This document shows positions 27,174 through 37,312 of a stretch of DNA of 53,767 nucleotides, one piece after another. Numbering within the stretch: position 1 is the stretch's first letter; each line of letters starts with the position of its first letter. Both the position numbers and the translations under genes were made by a program. The notes beneath the pieces were generated by a model. The model was not told the DNA's origin and did no database searches. It saw only the letters and a program-made list of their open reading frames with translations. Origin of the DNA: Octopus bimaculoides (taxonomy: Eukaryota); NCBI RefSeq assembly GCF_001194135.2, contig NC_068989.1:64657865-64711631 (forward strand), read 5' to 3'.

Positions 27174-27259
27174 CATTGGTGACAAAACACAGACTTCTGG
27201 GTTTGTCTTTCAGCACTTCAATTGTATCAGCCATCTGCAGTTCTTTCAATGAATTATTT
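27174..27259 (-). CDS. Internal coding exon 1 of 3 of an unidentified minus-strand gene (86 bp, phase 2 to 1): xNNSLKELQMADTIEVLKDKPRSLCFVTN(G)
   Basis: Minus-strand acceptor ctttcattttcttcttAG at 27261-27260 and donor G|GTGTGT at 27173. 1+84+1 nt, open. The final G joins GA at the start of the 26346 exon to give Gly in frame. Not in the ORF track. Confidence 0.75.
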
Positions 27260-27726
27260 CTAAGAAGAAAATGAAAGTTGACATAAAAACAATGAAGGTT
27301 ATGTAACCTTCACATCCATGTGCCAAATATGAGTTGTAATCAAATTTACAAACATTGCTCCGCTCCCCCAACCGCCATATCTCTTTCTTTTAGTCAATTC
27401 TTTACCAATCAAGTTTTGGCTCAATTACTTTCTTTACACGAACCAAATCCAACCAATACTCGAAAAACATTGACTTAAGTAAACTTTACGAACGTTGCTA
27501 ATTTCATTAGTATAGAGTTTGTGTCTTGGACTGCTCGGAACTAACATGCTAAGATATTCTTAGCTATGGAAATAGAAGAAAAATAAAAGCAAACGAAATT
27601 AAGGAAGACGTAGAAAGAGAGAAACAGAAAGAGGAGCGTGAAAGACAAATAAGGGGGAGGGAGGGAGAAAGAGAAAGAGAGAAAGAAAGCGATATAGAAA
27701 GAAAGGGAGAAAGAAAGAGAGAGATT

Positions 27727-27766
<40 letters not shown>

Positions 27767-28254
27767 NNNNNNNNNNNNNNNNNNNNNNNNNNNNNNNNNN
27801 NNNNNNNNNNNNNNNNNNNNNNNNNNNNNNNNNNNNNNNNNNNNNNNNNNNNAAAAGATATCGATAATTTCTGTATGTGAGAAAATCTAATAATTTGCTA
27901 TGGGAATTTTTAATATGTCAGTTTGAAATTTTTGAAAATATTCTTTTCTGCTTATTATAGATTCTCTTCTCCAATGTGTTGAGAAATCCAATCGAGGAAT
28001 ATTCACCAGGGTAGAGTTGAAATCAGTTGTCGAAGAAATAAGAAATGACATTCCTGGTGCGAAAAGGTGATATGGCGGTTAGTATGAAATAAGGCTCGCG
28101 TTCAATATTAGGCCTGCTAGAAACGGCTTTGGTGATATTTGAATAACGACTTTTGAGATATTTGGCATGATTCCTCTTCGATCTTTGAACAACAAAAGAA
28201 TGCAGTACATATCTCTTTGAAACAGAGAATATGTGCATACTTACTCATAAAACA

Positions 28255-28460
28255 TAGGGTGATCATAAAAATCTTGATAAAAGAGAAATATCAATAACAT
28301 TCTTGTTTTTTTTTCTTCCACAGAATATGAGTTTGTCTAAAGAAAAAAGAATTGAATTGGTACTAATCAGTAGACATGAGGGATGTTCATATCGACAGAT
28401 GGCAGATGCTTTCAACGTACATCATCCCATTTTGCCTACCGATACTTTACAGTCACCCTG
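28255..28460 (+). mobile_element. Short Tc1-like deletion derivative retaining the transposase start (MSLSKEKRIELVLISRHEGCSYRQMADAFNVHHP)
   Basis: Ends TAGGGTGATC and AGTCACCCTG are imperfect TIRs. The peptide resembles Tc1-like (DUF4817-type) HTH N-termini. Confidence 0.65.
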
Positions 28461-28603
28461 TGTAAAAACAAAGACATACGCATATTATTATATGCATACA
28501 GACACATATATATGTACATATACATACGTAGATACAAACATACATATATGCACACACACACACACACACAAACACACACACGTACGCATATATATCTTTT
28601 ATC

Positions 28604-28990
28604 TTTTACTTGTTTCGGTCACTTGACTGCCGCCATGCTGGGGCACCATCCCCATCACCGCTTGAAACCCGTGTTGGTGTGTTTACGTCCCCGTAACCTA
28701 GCAGTTCGGCAAAAGACGCCCAACAGAATAAGTACTAGGCTTTAAAAACGTCCTGAGATCAATTTATTCGACTGAAAACCTTCAAGGTGGTGCTCCAGCA
28801 TGGTCGCAGTCAAATGACTGAAAGGTGTAAAAGAATAAAAAATGTACATGCATATACGACGGACTTCTTTCATTTTCCGTCTACCAAATCCACTCACAAG
28901 AGTTTAGTCGGCCCAAGGCTATAGTAGAAGGCTCTTGTGCCACGCAGTCGGACTGAAATCTGGACCATGTAGTTGAGAAGCAAGATTCTT
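28604..28990. mobile_element. Rearranged SINE family B pieces (3' end minus, 3' half plus, 5' half minus)
   Basis: 28604-28647 is the inverse of 28787-28832. 28855-28990 is the reverse complement of the 5' half seen at 6944. Confidence 0.75.
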
Positions 28991-29020
28991 AACACACACA
29001 CACACACACAGACAGACACA

Positions 29021-29089
<69 letters not shown>

Positions 29090-29745
29090 ATATATATATA
29101 TATATATATAGGTGCATATATGTGTGTGGTTTCGATGAATTCTCAGCAACTTGGTGTTTTTGTGCAATATACTACTTTCTGCGTTATTGAAGTGAATGCT
29201 GAGAAAATAAGATGGGTTATAGCGGTGTAACTGGTTCTCGGTTTCATTAGCCAACGAAGGTAATGAGGTGTGCTTCAGTGGCTACTGTTCTCATTTATGA
29301 AAGTTACGGTGGATGTTTCATATTTTTGGGGTATGGTTTGAAACTTCGACGGTCAAGGTGAGAGAACTCTTGTTGAATTGAAATATTGTTAGAAAATTGG
29401 CAAAAATAGGGCAATTTTATAGTGTTCTACTGATCAGTGTGTGAAAGCATGTGTCATATTATGCGTTTGCGTATATGTAAGTTTATATGTGCATGTGTGC
29501 TCATATGCCCAAGTGTCTATTTTGTCTTCAGAGACATACAGAAAAAAAAAGCAGTATATTGGCAATAAAACTGATTTAAAATGCGTGCAAAATGTTTTCA
29601 GCACGAAAGAACTTATCGCTGTCAATGAAGCGGTTTTGCTGTTGGGGGTTGCTTCTAAATATAGACATTTTAATAACATGAACAGGAGGACAATACAAAA
29701 CCTTCGCAACAGCAATGTTATAAGGAAGATATACATAAAAAACCC

Positions 29746-29776
<31 letters not shown>

Positions 29777-29861
29777 CATACATACATCATATAACATAGT
29801 TACATACATACATGCATATATACACACACACACACACACATATATATATATGATATTCATA

Positions 29862-29957
<96 letters not shown>

Positions 29958-30596
29958 ACATATACATATATATATAACCTTTAATAAACGATTGAATTTT
30001 AAATTAGCTAACCATGAAAGGCAGTAATATTTATGTTTTCGGTGCATGTCTGGAATAGTGTAGCAATATCAAGCGAAACAACTGTGAACAACTTTTACTC
30101 AAAATATGCATCTTAAAGGAAGATTGTCAGTTTGTTATAAGGTTCAAGTGTTGTCTAACACAGCATGATGAAGTGGCCGTGAATTGCAAATCGAGCGAGG
30201 AAAAGGATCTACAGCCTTGAATTGCTTACTGGGAAAGCAAAGTTTTACTACTGAGTATTACATCTTAATAAATAAACGTTATAACTACTATCAAATATAT
30301 GTGTGCGTGTGTCTGACAGATTTGAAAGTGAATCTTTGATCGTTGTTGTTTGTCGTTAACGGAGAACAAGTGTTCCCTTTCGAAGATGTGTGTTCATAAC
30401 ACACATGATTCACCGATGCAAAGGAACACCACGGTGTTTAGACCTTGTTGTGTATCACCCCAGTCAAAGCTGCTCAGCTGGACGTTATTGTTTGGATTTT
30501 TGCTGTTTTGTGTTCATCCCCTAAAATATACTAGAAAATGAATCAGAATATTTTATTGTGGTGAATCAGAAGTTTTACAATAATTGTGCAACTTAA

Positions 30597-30811
30597 TGCG
30601 GTGAGCTGGCAGAAACGCTAGCACGCCGGGCGAAATGCTTAGCGGTATTTCGTCTGTCTTTACGTTCCGAGTTCAAATTCTGCTGAGGTCGATTTTGCCT
30701 TTCATCCTTTAAGGGTCGATGAAAAAAGCACCAGTTACGCACTGGGGTCGGTGTAATCGACTAGTCTCCTCCACCACAATTTCAGGCCTCCTTGTGTCTA
30801 TAGTAGAAAGG
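30597..30811 (+). mobile_element. SINE family A
   Basis: gcggtgagctggcagaaacgctagcacgccgggcgaaatgcttagcgg... Confidence 0.9.
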
Positions 30812-30844
30812 ATTATTATCATTATTATTATTATTATTATTATT

Positions 30845-31810
30845 CAGTGACTTTTGCTTTACACATGAACAAGTTGGCACCAAGTCTCACCAGATTTTCA
30901 TCTGCCTTAGTATTTATGGTTGGTTCAGAGAGTATTTCACTTTGCCTATCAGCTACCTTAACTCTTTCAATCATTACTGTATTTTCATCAGCCTTGGGTT
31001 GGTTTATAATTATTTCCTCTGTAGTATCTTCTTTAGCTGCAGCTTCGTTCCTTTTATCCCTTACTATTTGTTTAATTTGGTCAATCTATAATTCAGTTAG
31101 TAATTTCTTTTTCATAATGTTTCTTCTGACATTGGCAAGTTTGTTACTGTCTATGTAGGGTCTTACTTCAAGGTGTTTCTGCCTCCAGTTTAAGTAGGTT
31201 TGTACAGTATTTGATTTATTTGTGGGCAAATATATGGCATGGTAGAAGGCCGTAAGAATTTCTTTATCATCTTCCCTAGACCATTTTTATTTCTTTTCCT
31301 TTTGGTTATTTGATGACGAACATAGGTGGCCATCTGTTGGAATATTCCGGTTGTGGGGTACTTCCAGCTCCTGTGTTTCGGTAAGATTTGAACCAGTAGC
31401 TGATTTTTCGTATTGAATCTGGTTCATCATTCGAGTAGTGGCCCTTTATAATCCGGTCGATGACCGTTCCGGTTTGTATTTTGCCATGCTTTCAGTGAGG
31501 CATGACGAGCTTGGACGTTGACATTAGGGGACGGATCTGTCTAGGGTTAATTTTTTGATACAACACCGTCTCTGAGTTCTCTGCATGTAAACTTTGCTCG
31601 TAACGTAGCTTCTTAAAGTTAACAGATCTATATCGAGTACGTGACCCTTTGTGATCTGGTCGACGGCCAATCTGGTTTGTTATCATTGAGGCATGACGAG
31701 CTTCGACGTTGACAGGGGACAGATTTGTCTGTTTAGGATTAATCTTTTGAGACAACACCGTCACCGAGTTCTCTGCATGTAAACATTACTCGTAACGTAG
31801 CTTCTTAAGA
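30845..31810 (-). mobile_element. R4/Dong-like N-terminal (Myb-like) fragment with a tandemly duplicated leader, ending directly in (TAA)n
   Basis: Frame from ATG 31430: ...KEKK*KWSREDDKEILTAFYHAIYLP...YLNWRQKHLEVRPYIDSNKLANVRRNIMKKKLLTEL*IDQIKQ..., resembling R4-clade N-termini. No RT domain is visible. Confidence 0.7.
31430..31810 (-). repeat. Two diverged tandem copies of a 191-bp unit in the leader of the R4/Dong-like element
   Basis: gaggcatgacgagctt.gacgttgaca starts at 31497 and at 31688. gagttctctgcatgtaaac and ctcgtaacgtagcttcttaa are also duplicated. Confidence 0.9.
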
Positions 31811-32340
31811 TCTGTATTCGTCTGTATTTTTTTGTTGAAAAATTTATTTCCGAGCATAGTTTTTTGTGCTTTTAAACTTATGAATTGTTCACCCTGTTTG
31901 TGTTAGTTCTAAAAATAAAAAAAAATGTTTTTTTTTTGTTTTTGCTTCGTTTGTGACGCGTGTTTTCATATGCGTGAATGTGTGTCCTGTAAATTTCCCG
32001 TAGTTATGTAAACATTGAGATGTATGTGTAGTCCTATGGGCATCAAAATGTATATATGATTGTGTAGACATTCGAGTGTATGCGTAATTACTCAAATTAT
32101 GTACTTACTATTTTGTTCCATTTCTATTTTATAATTTGCAAACTTTCTGGTGTTGATTTCGCGTGTGTGTTTCGCACATGCTTCACTGAGACATCGTGCA
32201 TAGCAGAAACTGTGTTTTGTATGGCAGTAAAATTTCGTTTTTTAAAAATTATTTTCGTTAAAAGACCGCTTCCATCCAATTCCATCGATGTTATTAGATT
32301 AGATTTGTTTTTTAATGGGGGACCCGGTGTAGCGCATCCA

Positions 32341-32342
<2 letters not shown>

Positions 32343-32415
<73 letters not shown>

Positions 32416-32452
32416 CATTATTATTATTATTATTATCATCATCATTATCATT

Positions 32453-32489
<37 letters not shown>
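32343..32489. repeat. (TTA)n/(TCA)n microsatellite; 3' tail or target of the Dong-like element
   Basis: Read directly from the sequence. Confidence 0.95.
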
Positions 32490-33726
32490 CTTCTCTTTAT
32501 CACAGCTTTTGTTGGAGCACCTGGAGTCTTGCATGCGTAGCTGGTTTGCTACCTGCAGCCTACGGTACCATGCTACCCGCTCTTTACAGCTATCTAATAC
32601 TTTCCTGATTCCTCTGGCCATCCCAAGGAGGCAAACCTTTTGTAACTGCTCTACTGGCACTCTATTCCAATTTCCTTTATATTCCTTTTGATGCCTTCTG
32701 ATACTGTTCCCAAGGACCAAACAATAACTGGCACTATCTTCACCTTCTTCATTTTTCATAGCCGGCCCGTTTCTTTCTCAAGAGGGTTGTATTTATCAAT
32801 CCTTTCGCGTTCCTTCTTGACTATTCGTGGGTCAAAGGGGTATATAGCCGCGGAATTGCCATTTTGGGACATCGGCGGCAGCAGCGGTCCCGCCGTCGTC
32901 GTCGTCGTCGACATCCCGCCTGACTTCTTCGAAGAGATCGAGACGAAAAGGATCGCTTGCATACGATTCGACTTGCCGTTCGGAGTGACGTGCTTAGTGG
33001 AGCAGCTTCCACACTGCGATGTATTGAGTCTCTTCTCGCGAACGACACGATCCGCAAGAAGACTGAACGACTCTAAGCCGAAACCGTAGCCGGACCCGAG
33101 AAAAAAGAGGTGGCATGCTGGCAGAATCGTTAGCACGCCGGGCGAAATGTTTTACGGTATTTCGTCTGCCGTTTGCGTTCTGAGTTCAAATTCCACCGCG
33201 GTCGACTTTGCCTTCCATCCTTTCGGGGTCGATTAAACAAGTACCAGTTACGCACTGGGGTCGATGTAATCGACTTAATTCCTTTGTTGGTCCTCTCTAT
33301 ATTTAGCCCCCTGTGAGCAATAAATAAACAAAAAAAGGGGCATATAGCATATGTGGTACAGTTTGTCCACCAACACTAGGCCCGGTCTGTTATGCTCTAA
33401 CACCTGATCTGTTTGGATTGGCAAATACTAGATTTTACTAGTATCCGACTCCGCCACTATCTACAGTTTATGCTCATACTACATCTAGCCTCTCTCTAGC
33501 CCCACTTTTTGCCCAGTTTCTAATGTAGTACTTTTGCTTCCTGATCGTATCGCCACAACTTGTAGTGATTTTGGGCAAGTCTAGGGCACTCGTTCGTGAT
33601 ATGGGCAATGGTTTCATCCACTATATTGCAGATGCGGCACAGCGGAGACACTTGCTCATTCCTAAGGTTGACCCTCAAGTTCGTGCCAAAGCTTGGTCTT
33701 GCGCTGCCAGTATAGTGCTCTTGGTC

Positions 33727-33728
<2 letters not shown>
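32490..33728 (-). mobile_element. 5'-truncated R4/Dong-like non-LTR retrotransposon (CCHC knuckle, RLE endonuclease, 3' UTR), split by an insertion at 32849-33333
   Basis: Minus-strand translation gives STILAAQDQALA, SPLCRICNIVDETIAHITNECPRLAQNHYKLWRYDQ (CX2CX8HX4C), PFDPRIVKKERERIDKYNPL and EQLQKVCLLGMARGIRKVLDS, with frameshifts and stops. Flanked by (TAA)n on both sides. Confidence 0.85.
32849..33333 (+). mobile_element. Chimeric retro-insertion: about 257 bp CpG-rich unique segment plus family-A SINE plus A-rich tail, flanked by a 15-bp TSD
   Basis: aaaggggtatatagc (32834-32848) versus aaaggggcatatagc (33334-33348), 14/15 identical. The R4 coding sequence resumes across the duplication. 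Confidence 0.8.
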
Positions 33729-33781
<53 letters not shown>

Positions 33782-33797
33782 GTTGTTGTTGTTGTTG
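33729..33797. repeat. (TTA)n(TTG)n microsatellite
   Basis: Read directly from the sequence. Confidence 0.95.
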
Positions 33798-34200
33798 AGT
33801 GAGAGAGCAGTGCGTGCCATCAAATTGACACTGGGGTAAAAATATTCGAGGCCCAGTATAAGAATTATGACTACCCGTCTGATAAAGGTACACTGGGCAC
33901 ATGCATCACAAACATATTTGCGCGACATGGTGATCTCATATCAAGATAAAAAGCGCATGACCTTGCAGGTGGGGCCCCGTTAGAATTTTATTCAGTTTGA
34001 GTAGACCATCCTGCTCAAAAGGTCCCTGAATAAGGATTGTTTAAGGATGATAAACAGAACACCCATGTTTCTAGAAGTGAATTATCCAAATCCCAAAGAA
34101 TTCCTCGCAACGCGTGGCTATGATGCTCCCCAACTACTTCTGCCCGTGATCAGAGATGCACATATCGTCAGTCACTAAGAGGCATGCTCAACTGGTTAAG
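33798..34200 (-). mobile_element. Dispersed retroposon-like repeat with a (CAA)n/(TAA)n tail on the minus strand
   Basis: Non-coding, GC-richer block ending in a simple-repeat tail. Recalled as an abundant octopus repeat; not verified. Confidence 0.5.
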
Positions 34201-34367
34201 GTATGTATGAGCCAGTTTTTTGTAAATCAGTATTTTTGGTTCAATGTAATATTCTCGAGATTTTTAAAAGCAATTTATCAAAATAGTCACAATCATTTAT
34301 GTAAATGTGATTATTTTTTATTTTTGGTATTAATAGTCTACAGCTGCTGTTACATAATACATGTTTG

Positions 34368-34407
<40 letters not shown>

Positions 34408-34803
34408 CACATTATACGGACATATATATTTGCATATGGACAGTTTTATCTTTATCTTTGAATTTATTTATTTCACAATAAAGGTTATGCTATTTCTAAT
34501 GAAACTATGTGACCATCCTGTCGGTTCATTATCTAAATTGTTATAAAATATATTGATCTAATATAACTCTGGGTGCAGCCAGCAAGAATAATAATATAAT
34601 TTTATTTTATCTCTGTTCNNNNNNNNNNNNNNNNNNNNNNNNNNNNNNNNNNNNNNNNNNNNNNNNNNNNNNNNNNNNNNNNNNNNNNNNNNNNNNNNNN
34701 NNNNNNNNNNNNNNNNNNNNNNNNNNNNNNNNNNNNNNNNNNNNNNNNNNNNNNNNNNNNNNNNNNNNNNNNNNNNNNNNNNNNNNNNNNNNNNNNNNNN
34801 NNN

Positions 34804-34846
<43 letters not shown>

Positions 34847-37084
34847 ATATACATGTATGTATGTATATATATATGCATGTAAATATATGATGTGTTTCTG
34901 TGTTTGCACGGACACAAGGATAAGTGTGGGTAAATAGGTTTGAACAAGTGATATACAAGATATCAGCAAACAAGCTGTTATATGAGGATAACGATTATGA
35001 TAAAGAAACTGTTATAATTATATATAGTATGTGCTGCGGGAGACTACTACTACTTGTGTTCTGTCTACTGTACCTCTGAAGTAAATCGATGGTACTTGGT
35101 TTGGTTGTTTGGCGTAACACGACTCGACAGATAAAAGACCTAAGCAAAGGAGTATTAAGAGATTATTAAAGCATTTATAGTTATTTTTCGATTCTGATAT
35201 CTTACCTTTAGTTTAAACCAGAAGACCATAAGTAGCGTCACTCATGTAATAAGTATGCATGTATTTTAAATTTAAACGAATAATATATATAGATATATAT
35301 ATGGCAAAAATTTAGATTCAGGTGAATATGGTACTTAAGTTGAAGCACCAGAATTTAGTACGGTATTATCCATACAATTTCAAAGTAAGATGATTGAAAT
35401 CAAAATAAGCAACAAGGATATCCAGAGGTAATGCAGTACGATCGTTTCATGCAACTCCACTTAATTGAACAATGTAATCATAACATCAATTTAAAATGCA
35501 GAGCAATCCTCAGCTGCACAAAGACATAGAATTTAATTAAATTAGAACAGATGGACACATTAGTATAATTATACCTAAAATCTCCCAGAAGTTAAGGAGA
35601 TAAACAAAGAACATGTTGCCTCTACTACAACATAGAAGTTAATAAGAAGTTAATAAGTATAAATATTAAACTATTTCTGAATAATTTCTTTTCTTCCCAC
35701 TATTGTGGTAAAAGTTTGGTATATACTCAAAAGTATCCATAAATTTCTATCCTTTTGTCAAATCACATGATACTATCGAACCAAGGATCTCGTGGGTGCG
35801 AAGTGAACTTCTGAACCATTCGACTTTACTTGACCTATATGGCCTAAATAAATGGTAACGTTTGTAAAAACTATACGCGATCCTAAACCGAGAAGTAGAA
35901 TGTTGATCATAGTGTCAAATATCAAGTAATGTTATATAATATCAATCAATAACGTTTTCGATCTTATCGAAATATCGAAAGATTGTAATTAGATAATTTA
36001 AAGCAGCTCACATTTCTTAAATACTTTTTGAACGCAAAGCAAAGAAATAAATGAAATAAACTCACAAAAAGATTTTATAAAGGCAGAGTATTTGATAAGT
36101 TCCTAAATTTGCATGATTTTTTTCATTTACAGATAACTAAGTGCATTTTCTTGCGTTGTGTTATATCTGTTGAATATATCTTGGAAACGCTTGATTAAGA
36201 TGGGGTTATTAAGAAAGAAATACAGCGTTGGTTCTTATTCTCATGAATTGTTAAAATTCTGTACGTTGTTTTCAAGAAATTTTGATTAAGACTTCTATCA
36301 TCTATTCTTCAACAAAACTATTTATTTTTCGTAATGAACTCACACCTGCGACCTCATTCATTTTTACCTGATGATTTGACAATCAATTTTCGCACATTGG
36401 AGGAAAATGTTACAGGAGTATAACCTCTAGAATTGGTAGGCTAGTGTTTGCCTGTATAGGCGTGAATTGAATAAGAAATAAACACAATTGTATGTTCGAC
36501 TGTCATAAGATGATGAAGTATTGATTAACATTCCGGATAAAGCCTTTGCCATTTCTTCTCAGACAAAGAACCTTATTCCAAACGTTACTTTCTATTTCTC
36601 ACACGACAAATCAACATACTACCTCTTTTGTTTAGGAAAAATTAATTTCTTTGACTAGCAACTAAGCCAATTTTTCTACAGGAAAAATATTAGTCGATGA
36701 AATCAATCGCCATATATTATTACAAATAATTGCTTTTCTCACCCTAAAATATCAAAAGCAAAGTGGAACCCAGCAAGAATAAAATCATTATCAGACCAGG
36801 GACGGTAGAGCTTACAGCTAAAATGTCATGGCTTTCGTTGTACTAGGAACAAAGCCAACTCTTTTTTTCAAGGGTGGAATATATATTAAATTGATATCAG
36901 TATATACTTAATTACCCCACCATGAATATAAAGAAAATATGTACAGTTGATTTATTCCGAAAATATAAAATCACAATAACTAATTTCAGAAATACCATTA
37001 TCATTATGTGTCATACTCTATCAAAATTTCAGCGACTTTATTTTTCTACTGCAATACTGTGGAATTGGTTGTTTTCATAGCGAA

Positions 37085-37149
<65 letters not shown>

Positions 37150-37153
<4 letters not shown>

Positions 37154-37312
37154 GACTGCAGTTCTTGACTGGTAAGTTGTTTTGCTGACCCCACAAAAGA
37201 TGGGAGGCAAAGTCAACCTCACCATCTCTTGAACTCAGAACATAAAAGCTGGGAGTAAAATACCGCATTAATTTTGTCTGAGATTGCAACGATTCGGCCA
37301 GTCAGCAACGTT
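37150..37312 (-). mobile_element. Degenerate SINE family A
   Basis: ggcaaagtcaacctc, ttgaactcagaac, aacgattcggccag. Confidence 0.65.

Noticed and set aside
30370-30429. Hairpin gtgttcccttt...atgtgtgtt-cat-aacacacat...aaaggaacac
   Set aside because: The 3-nt loop and large asymmetric bulge are not miRNA-like.
30847-31158. 103-aa hydrophobic plus-strand ORF
   Set aside because: Antisense shadow of the charged R4-like frame.
33062-33092. Hammerhead-like CTGAACGA...CCGAAAC in the CpG-rich insert
   Set aside because: Core spacing is wrong and helix II does not form.
32756-33136. 126-aa minus-strand ORF
   Set aside because: Chance fusion across the insertion junction: antisense of the CpG-rich insert running into the Dong RLE frame.
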